The notes: a model not told the origin generated them from the sequence alone. DNA of 64,000 nucleotides from Octopus bimaculoides (GCF_001194135.2 NC_068987.1:3819993-3883992), one strand, 5' to 3'; counted from the stretch's first letter, positions 1 to 14,149 are shown. Numbers and translations are program-made.

Positions 1-112
1 AAAAAAATGGAAGAAATACTGCTAAGCATTTGGTCCGACGACTTAACATTTATTACTAATCCTTTCTATCATAGGCATAAGGCCTGGAACTTTTTAAGGG
101 ATGGGGCAAGTG

Positions 113-271
113 TACTAGCGTAGCTGGGGGGAGGGGAGTCCGCTCCAGGCAACACTATTAAAAAGGCACCGCTTTTGGGCCTACTGTAGGCAATATGTGT
201 TTTTTGTGGGATCTGGAGGTGGAAAACGGAAAGACCGTCCCCGGGCGGCACACACTCTAGCTACGCTAGTG
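113..271. mobile_element. hAT-type MITE with perfect 8-bp TSD, nested in a SINE
   Basis: TIR (T)ACTAGCGTAGCT...AGCTACGCTAGTG. GGCAAGTG at 105-112 and 272-279. The flanks join into a continuous SINE body. Confidence 0.9.
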
Positions 272-394
272 GGCAAGTGAATTACATCGATCCAGTGCTA
301 GACTAATACGTACTTCACAAACCCCGCAGGAATGAAATGCAAATTCGGCCTCGGCGGAATTTAAATTCAGAACTTAAAGACGGACCAAATGCTG

Positions 395-470
395 CAAAGC
401 GTTTTGTCCGGTATGCAGAGCGTTTTGTCCGGCGTGCTGAGAGTTTTGTCCGATATGCAAAGCGTTTGGT
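395..470 (+). repeat. ~21-22-bp tandem repeat (gcgttttgtccgg.atgcaga) x3-4
   Basis: Direct inspection. Derived from the head of SINE family 2. Confidence 0.85.
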
Positions 471-1724
471 TCTACTCGCTCGCCGCCTTTTTAATACTTA
501 TTAATTATAAAATATATATATAATCCGTAAGAAAATATTTCTAAATGAGTTGAAACTAAACGTTAAAGGAAACAAAACATTTTTGCTTTAATTTTAAAAG
601 CAGGTTTGGAAACAGCAAATTGTGAACATTAGTCCTTTCAAGTGCATTATCAGTAAAGTTTCTGCTCACACATAACACAATACTTTAATCATATTCTAAT
701 CACGATTGATCAAAGAAATTTTTTAATGCATTTAAAATTAAGTATTGAGCATAGTTTGAATATTTAAATATGTTTATTTCTAGCAAAAATCACGACATGT
801 ATCCAACACTCCCATATCATTTCTGTGACGTTTCCACCTTTTGTGAATTTGCAGTGCCCTTTGCCCTCCACTATGCGGTGTTACCACCCAAGTTAAGAAC
901 CATGTTACCATTATGTGACAAAAACAGGTGCTTTTGTACCTAAACCTGTGTCACACATGAAGAATGAGAGAGAAGGGCTGTAATCTACCTACCCATTGCT
1001 GAAGCTACAAAAACTTACTTTATGCGCTCCAAAGTATGACTGGAGCCAACCCTTATTGCAGCACCAGAAGCGCTCACATTAATGACGAAACGCTGCTGTT
1101 GTATTTCATTCCTCTCTTTTTCCTTTTTTTTCTGGGTAGAAAACCCTATGTTGATTTTTACTGGCATAACATGCAGTACTTCAGGTTCTGTAATATGTCA
1201 TAAACCTGGCCTCTAAAGGTGGAGCCTCCGATGTGGAACATCTCTAGGGTTGAGGATTATTAGGATTTGAAGTTCCATCCTGAAACTTGATCAACATATT
1301 TTTACTGGTCTCTCGTGATCTCACGACCTCCTCATACCGTTTCTTGAAAGCGACCATTTACCTTAGACCGATATCTATGTCTCAGCTTATATCCCTGATC
1401 GTAACTCTTTCCTTCCGTGGTCGGTTCTGGTCGTAGAAGTAGTATTTTAGTAGAATATTTGTTATGGTGCTGGAAAGCGTAATTTGTTTCTGTTTCCGGA
1501 TAATTTACCATTTCAGTTGTTTGTAATCTTTATGGTCAACGTAGACAGGACTTAGAAGCTGAAAATGTGGGACAAAACTGAACTATGGGTCAAAGATAGC
1601 GAGCGAGTTCTGCAGGAACTGAGAGGAGAAACTATAAACCGCAGACGACAGATGGCTTCAATACAAGAATAAGAGTGGAATCTTTAAGAGGCAGAAAATA
1701 TTTAAGTGGGCATTAATAATTCTC

Positions 1725-1915
1725 TTTTATCTTTTACTTGTTTTAGTCATTAGATTGCGGCCATGCTGGGGCACCACCTTGAAGAATTTTTAGTCGAATG
1801 AATCGATCCCAGGACTTGTTCTTTTAAGCCTGGTACTTATTATCTCAGTTCTTTTGCTGAGCCGCTAAGCTACAGGGACGTAAACATACCAACACTGGTT
1901 GTCAAGCGGTGGCGG
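1725..1915 (-). mobile_element. SINE/repeat family 3 (...gcaccagcatggccgca.tc.aatgact.aaacaagtaaaagataa tail)
   Basis: Recurs near 3480, 4860, 6490-6840, 23310, 52800, 53395, 57715 and 62770. Confidence 0.85.
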
Positions 1916-2089
1916 TGGATTGGTTTCTTTCAGTTTTCGTCTACCAAATCTATTCACAGGGTTTTGGTGACCCGAAGCTATAGTAGAAGACACTTGTCTA
2001 ATATGCCATACAGCGGAACTGAATCCGGAACCATGTGGCTGGGAAACAAACTTCTGACCACACAACCAGTTTTTATAGCAAGGACTTAG

Positions 2090-3110
2090 TTTGTAGCCAA
2101 ACTTGACCATTTCTTTAACACTAAGCAAAATAGGAATCAGATAAGCGCGGTAACGCACAGGAATCACCAGAGCAATTCAAAAGACCTGAGAAATGAGGCG
2201 TGGCACTTGTTTTTCGGTGAATGTTTTTAGGACAATGAACTCGTGGAGAGGTTGGCCTTTGTTGCGAATAATGACGCAGAGCTAGTGCTAACCTGTGCGA
2301 CCCCGGGTAGATTTTGCCAGGCTAACTTATACCTCTTGAGCAATATAGTAGAAAGATTCTAGTCTAGATCTGGCTTTGGTGGAAATAAATCTAAAATCAT
2401 TCGATACGATTGGCCATCAGTATCTGGTGGTTGCGTTAATCGCAATTGGTTTCGGTTGGTATTNNNNNNNNNNNNNNNNNNNNNNNNNNNNNNNNNNNNN
2501 NNNNNNNNNNNNNNNNNNNNNNNNNNNNNNNNNNNNNNNNNNNNNNNNNNNNNNNNNNNNNNNNNNNNNNNNNNNNNNNNNNNNNNNNNNNNNNNNNNNN
2601 NNNNNNNNNNNNNNNNNNNNNNNNNNNNNNNNNNNNNNNNNNNNNNNNNNNNNNNNNNNNNNNNNNNNNNNNNNNNNNNNNNNNNNNNNNNNNNNNNNNN
2701 NNNNNNNNNNNNNNNNNNNNNNNNNNNNNNNNNNNNNNNNNNNNNNNNNNNNNNNNNNNNNNNNNNNNNNNNNNNNNNNNNNNNNNNNNNNNNNNNNNNN
2801 NNNNNNNNNNNNNNNNNNNNNNNNNNNNNNNNNNNNNNNNNNNNNNNNNNNNNNNNNNNNNNNNNNNNNNNNNNNNNNNNNNNNNNNNNNNGTGTGGCTT
2901 CCAAGAGCAGCCCATGGCTTTTGTGGGGTTTTCCACGAGGACCTTAAAGCGCCTCCCCCTATTGGGAGTTTTAATTTGTTTAATTTTTAAATGTTATTTA
3001 TGTTGTTTGCACGCGGAAAACCCATTGTATCGTCTTGTTTCCATTTTTTTGTGTTGTCATTTAATGTTTTTGTATGTAAGCCCTTGTGGCTAACAAAAGA
3101 ATAAATTATC
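2090..3110 (+). mobile_element. Tx1/L1-clade LINE fragment (RT piece before the gap, probable 3' end after it)
   Basis: ERLAFV...PGR...VEINLKSFDTIGHQYLVVALIAIGFG resembles RT motif LDQ.KAFDRVDH.YL..L...GFG. After the gap an AATAAA runs into (ATC)n/(ATT)n. Linkage across the gap is inferred. Confidence 0.55.
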
Positions 3111-3148
3111 ATCATCATCATCATCATCATCATTATTATTATTATTAC

Positions 3149-3200
<52 letters not shown>

Positions 3201-3217
3201 GTTATTATTATTATTAT
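3108..3217. repeat. (ATC)n-(ATT)n compound microsatellite
   Basis: Direct inspection. Confidence 0.97.
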
Positions 3218-5802
3218 ACAGAATTAAGCAACGCATTTTCTTTATGCTGTATTATAATATTTGTCAAACCTATACAACTGGATGATTAATTGGAAATGTT
3301 TCCTATTTGAATAAATAACAACCATTAAAGCTTTGGCAAAATCGTCGAAATCTCTTCAGTTGCGCCAGTCCCTCGCTCTCTTTTGTGGTTAGCGCCACCT
3401 TTAGTTATTTTAGAGCAACAATACACCCACACACACACACACATACACATACACACACGTATACACCCACACATATATATATTTACTTATTTCAGTCTGG
3501 ACTGTGACCAAAGGACCAAAGTGAGGCACCACCTTGATGGGTTTTCGCCAAATACATGGAGCCTAGAACTTGTCTTCAAGTCTAGTTCTTATTCTGTCTA
3601 CCTGATTAGCCGAACCACTAAGTTACGGAGACGTAAACAAACCAACACCACAGTTGTCGACTGGGGTGTGTGTGTGTGTGGGCCAAACACAGACAAGATC
3701 TGCACAGACAAGACCTGAAGGGTTTTAATCAAATAAGTCGACACCAGTAATTGTTTTTAAAATATATATAGGATGGGCTTCTACACAGTTTTCATGTACT
3801 AAATTCACTTACAAGGCATTGGTCGGCCCGGAGCTATAGCAGACGATACTCGCAACAGGACAGAACCCGAAACCTCGTGGTTGCAAAGCAAATGTGTTGA
3901 CCTCACAATCATTAATTTTTATGCAAGTTCGTGATGCGTCTTGGGGTGCAGCCGTTGATTAAATGCTGCAACATTTGAGCAATTTCTCTTCCTACTTTTC
4001 GCTATCTGTGTGGGTGCAGTTGTTATTTTCTCTGAAGTAAAATATGCTTTCACGACTGAACAATTTTTAAAGGATAATCGACAGTGTTTTCTTTTTGGTT
4101 AAAAATAGTAAACATATTTGATAATTACATAAAGTAATATTGACTTCAAATAAGAAAGAAAAAAAATGAATTGAAGGAATGAAATGGGTGGAAACACTGA
4201 ATGAAGTTTAGGAAAGAAAAGGAATGAAGAAGTGTGAGGGGCGTGGGCACATGTGTAATTGGAGAGGGTTTGAATGATAAGAAAAACGTGAAACTAAACG
4301 CTTACATTTTAATTGATAATGCGAATGAGTATGAAAAGAACGTAACAGCAAAAGAATTACTTACCGGAATAGACAGGCGACAGTCGTGATGGTACTGAAA
4401 AAGTAGAAAGTACAGTTAAATAATAATAAAAAAAAATAACCAGCAGTCTTAACAGGTCTCCATCTGCCCACCGTATCTTACTTTCTGATTGGGTGTGGTC
4501 GACGGCGCTTGTTTATAAGAAAAGTAGCTGAAATGTTAAAGAGATGAATAAACAAAAGACTTTCACGAAACGATAAGCGAAGCAGAACAAAGAAGGTTGA
4601 GATTTTTACAGGAAAATGCAGTAAATCGAATGGTTATAAGAGAAACGCTTCACTTCAAGACGAAAATACTAAGAAAGGGAGAGAGTGAGGTAAATATGGA
4701 AAGAATGAATTCAAAGGACCAACACGATTGTAGAAAACCAAATTATAATTGAATTACGGGAACCAATAACAGACAATGACTGAGCGTTCTTGGGTAAATT
4801 TTTTTGAAACTCGGGCATTTTACGACTATGAGGCATTTACATATAAGGTAAGGTTTTATCATTTCGTTCTTGTTTTATTACCTTGACTTTTGTTTCAATC
4901 ATTGGACTGCGGCCATGCTGGAGACATCGTCCTGAAAGGTGTTGTCAAACGTAACTACCCCAGTACTTATTTTTTTTTTAAATTCTGGTACTCATTCTAT
5001 CGTTCTCTTATGCCAAACTGCTAAGTTACAGATACGTAAACGAACTAATAGCGGTTGTCAAACGATGGTGGTGGCCAAACACAAACACAAACTGGCACTT
5101 CGTCTGTTACGACGATGAGTGTTCCAGCGGATCCGATCAACGGAACAACCTGCTCTTGAAATTAACGTGCAAGTGGCTGAGCACACCGCAGACATGTATA
5201 GTCCGTAAGGAGATTCAGGCTGGTCCTTTGAAATACAGGTACAACTCATTTTTGCCAGATGAGGGACAGGAACAACGTGAAATAAAGCGTCGTGCTCAAG
5301 GACACAATGCGTCGCAGGGAATCGAACTCACAACTTTACAACCGTGGGCCGGTTACCCTAACCACTAAGCCACCTGCGTTCACACACACTGATATACTAT
5401 GATATACATACATAAATACATATCGTTGCTATTATGCAAAAGTATCGTAAGTCCAAAACGCTGCTTTTTCTGGAAATAAAAAATAGTTTCACCATTCCAT
5501 AGTAAAACCGTTCTTTTACACTTTGACAATTTTTGATGTCTTGGCATCGGAAGCAACTGGAGATACGATAGTTTGACTAAAAGAAACAGCTATTGCAGGC
5601 AAAAATAAATATTGAAAAAAAAAAAAAAACACATTTGGCCAAATTTGGACATACAACAGTTTAACATAATAGCATAGCAACGATATATATATGTGTGTGT
5701 GTCTGTCTGTATATATATATATATATNNNNNNNNNNNNNNNNNNNNNNNNNNNNNNNNNNNNNNNNNNNNNNNNNNNNNNNNNNNNNNNNNNNNNNNNNN
5801 NN

Positions 5803-5856
5803 GATGATGATGGTGACGACGACGACGACGACGACGACGATGATGATGATAATGAA

Positions 5857-5918
<62 letters not shown>
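5803..5918. repeat. (GAT)n/(GAC)n microsatellite
   Basis: Direct inspection. Source of the poly-H/M/D/S pseudo-ORFs. Confidence 0.97.
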
Positions 5919-5920
<2 letters not shown>

Positions 5921-5994
5921 GGCTATTGCAATGGGGATAAGATATACTATTAACTGACTCAACAGCAGAGTTATTAGTTTTGTTGTTGCTTGAC

Positions 5995-6270
5995 ACCCAT
6001 GAAGTGCAAGATGTGTTTATCCCTGGAATAAAAATGCCTCCAACTGAACACGCGCTGCCATTTCTATCAAACTATTCTTTGGATTTACAATTCACAAGAT
6101 TTAACACCAAACACTTTCGAAAACCGACATTTTGAAGAAGAATCACTGCTTCTCTGGTGGTCATCTTTATGAAGCTATGTCCACAGTATGAAGTTCAAAT
6201 GGACTTAGCGTTATGGCAAAAGCGATAAATGAAAATGGATCTTTCACTGAGAGTTTTGTACATTCAGAAA
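5995..6270 (+). mobile_element. Helitron helicase C-terminal fragment
   Basis: QDVFIPGIKMPPTEHALPF..LQF, then frameshifted TLSKTDILKKNHCFSGGHLYEAMSTV*SSNGL, resembling DVFIPRI...LPF...QF and CFSHGQLYVAMSRV. Confidence 0.7.
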
Positions 6271-7589
6271 TTCAACAACCGTGTACTGTAGATTAGAATA
6301 GTGTGGTTAAGAAACTTGCTTAACAACCACGCGGCAACATTGACAAAAGTTTTCTACTGTAGCTCCAGACTGACCACGTCCTTCTGAGTGAATTTAGCAG
6401 ATGAAAACTGTGGATGCTCGTCGTGTATGTGTGTATATGTGAGCGTGTGCGTGCGTATGTGTGTGTGTGGGTGCATGTCTTTGTGTTTGTGTTCACTCCC
6501 CACCTCTCTGCTTGACAAACGGTGTTGGTTTGTTAACGTCCCTGTAACTTAGCGATTCAACAAAAGAGACCGATAGAATAAGTGTCAGACATACAAAAAA
6601 ATCGTGTGGTCGATTTGTTTGATGAAAGCATTCATGGGCAAACTGCGACCTGCAGGACTTTCTGAATGACACATCAAAGAAAAATTATCTCAGATGTTTT
6701 AGTAGTGCGGCCCACCTGATGTTGAGCCATGTTTCATGCAGCCCACTTCTCGAAAAAAAGGTTGTTCGTGTCTAGACAAAAGCCTTCAATACGGTGCTCC
6801 AGCATGGCCGCAGTGCAATGACCGAAACAAGTAAAAGGTCAAAAAATATTACATCAGTCATTTGATTGTATCTGTGAAACGCTAAACAATTTTCCTCTTG
6901 GTTCTTACTTCTTGGCTCGACAGAACCTGTCCGCCTGTCTCCACTCTTTCTAGAAGAATGACATTGAAAGCATCGCGTCAGAGAATCACGCGTTTGTCCC
7001 CTCACATTTTCAAATATCTTAAATAAAAAGACACGTGAAGCTGAATGAGAAATCAATTCACCATAATCTCTATTTCATTAGATTACGATGGACAATCAAT
7101 GGACATGTATTCAGAATATCCACTATTTTCTACAACACATAAATTACGCAATTGATTTCTGAAAACACGAACATATAGTTATAACATTCCCTACAAATAC
7201 GAGTTATGTAATTTGTACTTTCATCAATGTTCTTATTTAAACCCGGTCATATTTTTGTTTATGTATTACTGGCCGCGTCCAAGCGTGTGCCTTCATAATT
7301 TCTGTAAGAACTCAAGTTGTTTTTTAACTTCCATAATTGCACTACTTAGCAAGACGTACGTCATAGTGATGGGACGCTGGAAAATAAAAGAAAACTGACA
7401 TATATTAATTTATGGCTAATATTCCACCTCGTTAATTTTCTAGAAATATTTCATTATTTGTTATTGTAATCATAGGGCTGCTGGTACTGTTAATACTGTG
7501 TAACGTAAGCCATCTGAGTATTTAATTAAACACTGGAGGACGAGTTTTTGCTCACATTTCATTTTTCTGTCAGTTGGATGGACATTAGG

Positions 7590-7635
<46 letters not shown>

Positions 7636-9911
7636 GGAATCTCCCGTCGTTAAACGACAGACGAGGGTTCCGCAATGTCTTGCTGAGCAGCCACAGATGA
7701 TTTGTTTAGAGTGATCAAGTTTTAGTGTTGCTCATAAGCTCGCTTCCCTCAATCAAATCGACATTACCTGTAAAGGTGCACAGGTGTGCCACTCGTCAGA
7801 TATCGAAACACGANNNNNNNNNNNNNNNNNNNNNNNNNNNNNNNNNNNNNNNNNNNNNNNNNNNNNNNNNNNNNNNNNNNNNNNNNNNNNNNNNNNNNNN
7901 NNNNNNNNNNNNNNNNNNNNNNNNNNNNNNNNNNNNNNNNNNNNNNNNNNNNNNNNNNNNNNNNNNNNNNNNNNNNNNNNNNNNNNNNNNNNNNNNNNNN
8001 NNNNNNNNNNNNNNNNNNNNNNNNNNNNNNNNNNNNNNNNNNNNNNNNNNNNNNNNNNNNNNNNNNNNNNNNNNNNNNNNNNNNNNNNNNNNNNNNNNNN
8101 NNNNNNNNNNNNNNNNNNNNNNNNNNNNNNNNNNNNNNNNNNNNNNNNNNNNNNNNNNNNNNNNNNNNNNNNNNNNNNNNNNNNNNNNNNNNNNNNNNNN
8201 TATATATAGTATTATAACATGATGCTGTTCCTAAAATAAAGCGTACTGTTTAGCTACCCCAAAATAAATATAAACAACACATTTTAATTAAATACATATC
8301 AACTCAAGAAATGTTGGTGGAACGTTCCCATCAAAATTCTATCAATTGCACACCTGACGGACTTACAACTTACGTTCTGATGTTCAAATTCTGCCGGGGT
8401 CGACTTTACCTTTCATCCTTTCGAGGGTCGATCACTGGGGTCAACGTGGTCAACTTATCCCCTCCCCACTCCCCGAAATTTCTGGCCGTGTGTCAAAATC
8501 TTAGATCAATAATTATTAATTCTATTCAGGTGGTGAGCTACCACAATCATCAGCACACCAGACAAGACGCTGCGTGGCATTTGGTCCTCTGTTCGAATTC
8601 CATCAAGTTCGACTTTATCTTTTATCCTTTCGGGGCCGTTGAAATAAGTACCAGTTAAATACTGCGGTCGATGTCAACGACTTTCCCCTCCCCTCAAAAT
8701 CTGTTGGCTCCGCATCAAAATTTGTAAGCATTATTTGTTTGAACCTTTTGATAAAATACACGCCATTAAAAAAGCTTTACTATCTGTTGCAGTTACCACT
8801 TCGATATTTTCGCGCCAACAGGAATATTCGTTCTGTCAGCATTGATGACACAAGACGAAGGAGACGGAGGAGACGGAGAGCTGGAGGTGGTGGTGGTGGT
8901 GGTTGCTGTTTAAAAGTGCTGCTAGCTTCTCTGGTGGTTTCGTTCCTGTTTTTTCTCGGTGCTGTTGCGTCATTATTCTTTCTGTCCAGCGGTAATCTTC
9001 AGGTTTTTATTTTATTAAATTCTTTAAAAAATATCAAGGTATGGCTGTGTGGTTAGGGAGCTCGCTTTGCAACCACGTGATTTCAGGTTCAGTCCCACTT
9101 CACGGCACCTTGGCAAGAGGCTTCTACTATAGCCTACGGGTCGACCAATGCCTTATGAGTAAATTTGGTGGACGGAAACTNNNNNNNNNNNNNNNNNNNN
9201 NNNNNNNNNNNNNNNNNNNNNNNNNNNNNNNNNNNNNNNNNNNNNNNNNNNNNNNNNNNNNNNNNNNNNNNNNNNNNNNNNNNNNNNNNNNNNNNNNNNN
9301 NNNNNNNNNNNNNNNNNNNNNNNNNNNNNNNNNNNNNNNNNNNNNNNNNNNNNNNNNNNNNNNNNNNNNNNNNNNNNNNNNNNNNNNNNNNNNNNNNNNN
9401 NNNNNNNNNNNNNNNNNNNNNNNNNNNNNNNNNNNNNNNNNNNNNNNNNNNNNNNNNNNNNNNNNNNNNNNNNNNNNNNNNNNNNNNNNNNNNNNNNNNN
9501 NNNNNNNNNNNNNNNNNNNNNNNNNNNNNNNNNNNNNNNNNNNNNNNNNNNNNNNNNNNNNNNNNNNNNNNNNNNNNNNNNNNNNNNNNNNNNNNNNNNN
9601 NNNNNNNNNNNNNNNNNNNNNNNNNNNNNNNNNNNNNNNNNNNNNNNNNNNNNNNNNNNNNNNNNNNNNNNNNNNNNNNNNNNNNNNNNNNNNNNNNNNN
9701 NNNNNNNNNNNNNNNNNNNNNNNNNNNNNNNNNNNNNNNNNNNNNNNNNNNNNNNNNNNNNNNNNNNNNNNNNNNNNNNNNNNNNNNNNNNNNNNNNNNN
9801 NNNNNNNNNNNNNNNNNNNNNNNNNNNNNNNNNNNNNNNNNNNNNNNNNNNNNNNNNNNNNNNNTATATATATATATATACATACATACATATATATATA
9901 TACACACATAC

Positions 9912-9955
<44 letters not shown>

Positions 9956-9957
<2 letters not shown>

Positions 9958-10170
9958 AGGCGCGTGGCTTAGTGGTTAAGGTGTCAGCACCATTATCGTA
10001 AGATTGTGGTTTCGATTCCTGGACCGGGTGACGTGCTGTGTTCTTGAATAAAACACTTCATTTCACGTTGCTCCAGTCCACTCAGCAGGCAAAAATGAGT
10101 AACGCTGCGATGGACTGGCGTCCCGTCCAGCTGTAGAATACATACGCCATTGAAATGGGGAAACCGCACG
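9956..10170 (+). mobile_element. tRNA-headed SINE family 4
   Basis: ggaggcgcgtggcttagtggttaagg...ggtttcgattcc...cacttcatttcacgttgctccagtccactcagc. Related copies at 13425-13650, 18520-18850, 28965-29140, 55370-55730 and 5075-5370. Confidence 0.85.
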
Positions 10171-12069
10171 AAGCAGCCCAAAATAAAATGTGAATCATTC
10201 CTGCAGCGAAAGGTCTTATCACGTTCTATTACGCTCGAACGTATTAAACATGACTCTACATAAATGTATTTTATTCAAAGCTGTGTTGTTTGAAAATAAC
10301 ATTTAGAAAAAATATGTTGATATATTTTGATCTGTATGGTAGGACACTGTGTTGTTATGAAGCAACGAAAATGATGGCAAACAATACTTAACACCGTACA
10401 AAACAATATTATTTTCTTTTTTTTTTTCTTTCATTATTTGTTTGGTCAAACATTATTGCTGAAGAACCGGAAAGTACAACGACCTCACCTTCGTATCAAT
10501 CTTCTACTTTATCTGACGGTTCCATTGATGGTAAGTAAAATTCTTGCAAGAGAAATCTTTAGCTGTTATAGCTTAACAATTATATCTGTACAAACATGGC
10601 TGTGTGGGCAAGAGGTTTTCTTCCCAACCATGTGGTCTTGGACTTAGTTCCTCTATGCTGCGCCTTGGGCAAGTGTCTTTTACTATAACCTCAGACCGAC
10701 AAAAACGTTACAAGTGGATTACATTACATTCACGTACACACACACACACACACACATCCTGCCTTATATATATATATATACGTAAGGAACGACCGTGCGA
10801 ACTCAAAAAGGAGAAATGGTGACGAATGGAAAAACAGAGGACTCCTTTTATTTAAACGCGTCACACGGTCGAACATACAAATATATATATCAAAGATGAT
10901 ATACATGATATGTTATACGACGATAACATAGATGACCAGCAATGAAAGACCACAACCGTATTAGATGAATAACAGAGATATTTATTGTGGCGTTAAAGAT
11001 NNNNNNNNNNNNNNNNNNNNNNNNNNNNNNNNNNNNNNNNNNNNNNNNNNNNNNNNNNNNNNNNNNNNNNNNNNNNNNNNNNNNNNNNNNNNNNNNNNNN
11101 NNNNNNNNNNNNNNNNNNNNNNNNNNNNNNNNNNNNNNNNNNNNNNNNNNNNNNNNNNNNNNNNNNNNNNNNNNNNNNNNNNNNNNNNNNNNNNNNNNNN
11201 NNNNNNNNNNNNNNNNNNNNNNNNNNNNNNNNNNNNNNNNNNNNNNNNNNNNNNNNNNNNNNNNNNNNNNNNNNNNNNNNNNNNNNNNNNNNNNNNNNNN
11301 NNNNNNNNNNNNNNNNNNNNNNNNNNNNNNNNNNNNNNNNNNNNNNNNNNNNNNNNNNNNNNNNNNNNNNNNNNNNNNNNNNNNNNNNNNNNNNNNNNNN
11401 NNNNNNNNNNNNNNNNNNNNNNNNNNNNNNNNNNNNNNNNNNNNNNNNNNNNNNNNNNNNNNNNNNNNNNNNNNNNNNNNNNNNNNNNNNNNNNNNNNNN
11501 NNNNNNNNNNNNNNNNNNNNNNNNNNNNNNNNNNNNNNNNNNNNNNNNNNNNNNNNNNNNNNNNNNNNNNNNNNNNNNNNNNNNNNNNNNNNNNNNNNNN
11601 NNNNNNNNNNNNNNNNNNNNNNNNNNNNNNNNNNNNNNNNNNNNNNNNNNNNNNNNNNNNNNNNNNNNNNNNNNNNNNNNNNNNNNNNNNNNNNNNNNNN
11701 NNNNNNNNNNNNNNNNNNNNNNNNNNNNNNNNNNNNNNNNNNNNNNNNNNNNNNNNNNNNNNNNNNNNNNNNNNNNNNNNNNAGAAACTGGACCGAGACA
11801 AATTTGGCCGCCGAGTTAAAGCTATTTATAACAAACTATGGGCTCCCGATGACTTCAGAATTTTACTCTATCACGTGACCTTATTAGGGGCCGTGATTGG
11901 TCAGTTTGCGTTCTGGCGGGAAAGGTTCGAAGAAGTTGCCGATTCGAATAATGATCAGTCACGTGATGACAAGGTTAATGTTTTCCCCTACTTTCGCGTT
12001 TGTTTATATTTAAGGGAAGATTGTATGTAATGGCGATAGTAGTTTGTATCTAATGGCGGGAGGTAGTTT

Positions 12070-12106
<37 letters not shown>

Positions 12107-12129
12107 TAGGAACTGAATTGAATAGGAAC

Positions 12130-12640
12130 TGTGTTGAGGTTAGTTATTCAGCTAGCAAGAATTTGAATAGAAGACAAATGCAAGCAGTTAGCCAATAAAG
12201 ATCATGCGACTGTAGAACTCGCGGGAACTATCCACCAGATGGTAACTTCCTGGCAATGTTGATAGTATACAAGTTGATAGTATACAATGCCAAGGTTGAA
12301 TCAAATATATATTGGGGAAACAGAACTCACATTCAAAAACCGTTATTACAAGTACAAGCATTCATTTGTCAATCCCAATAGAAAATGTTTACGGCTTTGT
12401 CGAAGTTTGTATGATTTTTGCGTGAGACAAGTCCTCACAAATTCATAATTACCTGGTCTATTGACCTTTGTTTGAGCGAAAAATTGAGAATTTTGATTCA
12501 ATGCTTCCATAAAGACTAATTCACCTATTACACAGCAGAGTGTTCTAGACGTGGAATAATATATTGAAAGCAACGTTGTCGGTCTCGACATCAACAAAGT
12601 TTTTGGGGTCGTAGTTGGCCAACGTGCCATCTGTCTCTCA
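12130..12640 (-). mobile_element. Possible hAT transposase remnant
   Basis: FPNIF and IVPASSTVA motifs, heavily decayed. Confidence 0.25.
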
Positions 12641-14149
12641 TCTCTTCATTCATTAACTTCTTATCAGATCACATTATTACGGTATCTGTAGACGGACCTC
12701 TTTCTCTCCCTCATTCTGTCACCTCTGTTGCGACGTAGGGTTCGGTTTTGTCTCATCCTTCTGTACACCATTAACCTACTTGCCCTTATATCCGACAATG
12801 TCTACTCTTACGCAGAAGATCATAACCTTTGATTCTTCCCTAAAATTTCCATGCAACCGAGACACCATAAGCCAAAACTGCACTGATTCCATAAACAGAA
12901 ACCTCGAAAGGATCCTCCTACGGGAATACACCAATCCTGATTCTTTTTTAACTGCGAAAATAACAAACACAAAAACTATTCCAATCAAGAAAGCATAAAC
13001 TGGCCATACCCCATTAAACAGGGACAACACACAACTAGAACTCTCTTCTCATGATCACTCATGTGAAGCCCCACTGTTACCGAGGATCTCCTCTCAGAAA
13101 CCACATCCTTAATATCGCTAGGACCGCATCCTTAAGACTGGCCTTTTTATATATTTTCAGAGACAGAAAATATTCTGTTGTTAAATGTTTATATCACGCT
13201 ATGTGATATAAATATACAAAATAAGCTTTTTAGATTACAACTCAATGGAGCTGACGATCAAGTTGTCACGAAGCTATTCAAATGGTTAATTACTCACCAG
13301 CAGCGACGTTAATAATGACTGGAGCCAACAAAAAGCCTCTGCGCACTCTCTCGACCTTCTAGGAATAGCAACCAAATTTCTTAAAATCACACCCTGCCTT
13401 TTTAAAACAAGTACACATTGGACGCAAAGGTTGGTGGCTTAGTGGTTGGGATGTGGTTTCGATTCCAGAACTGAGCGGTGCGTCGTGTTCTTGAGCAAGA
13501 CACTTCATTTCACGTTGCTCCAGTCCATTCAGCTGTAAATGGGTGACCAGCCTTACAATAGATTGGTGTTCTGTTCAGGGGGAACGTTGTGACCTCTGAC
13601 GCTTATAGGCCATAGAAACCGGGCAACAGGACTCATGAGTCCTAGGGTACAAGACATAATTCAGTGCAAGTAATTCATCGCAGAACATCTTATTGTACTT
13701 AGGTAAAGGTTATTTGGGGGATGAAACTCAGTTTAAGTCTATTGAATCAAAATATTTTAAAATATTTGAAATATAAAATATTTTTTAAAAATACTAAAGC
13801 AATAAATATTAGACGCTGTATCAATTTTTCTGATCCACCGTTAGTCTCTATTGAACCAAAATGTTTAAAAAGCAAGTTAAATCTTCATAGGAGATTCAAA
13901 AGGTGTAGTTATCGTTTCATATGTGTATACATGTTTATGCTTATTTGCTGGTGTTTGTTTCATGTATATGTATGCCCTTTGTTTACGTATAGTTAATCTA
14001 TTCCATGACTGCTGTGTCCGCAGGTTGCATGTGTATGTGTTTTAGATATACAACCAACACCAATATAATGTAATAAATAAATTACATTTATTACATATGC
14101 TGAATTGTGGGTACTCCTACACATACATATACATGCACACAACAGGGTC

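Noticed and set aside
5516-5996. Poly-His/Arg, poly-Ser, poly-Met and poly-Asp ORFs
   Set aside because: Translations of the (GAT)n/(GAC)n microsatellite.
7785-7813. CTGACGA on the minus strand near the gap
   Set aside because: No downstream GAAA in a hammerhead arrangement; part of a SINE body.
10395-10464. Signal peptide YYFLFFFLSLFVWSNIIA before the S/T-rich segment
   Set aside because: No in-frame ATG (stop at 10389). The hydrophobic translation is better explained as a polypyrimidine tract.
13245-13280. CTGACGA...GAAG hammerhead-like motif after a possible Penelope tail (12780-13050)
   Set aside because: GAAA is not intact, there is no stem II, and the upstream peptide similarity is too weak.
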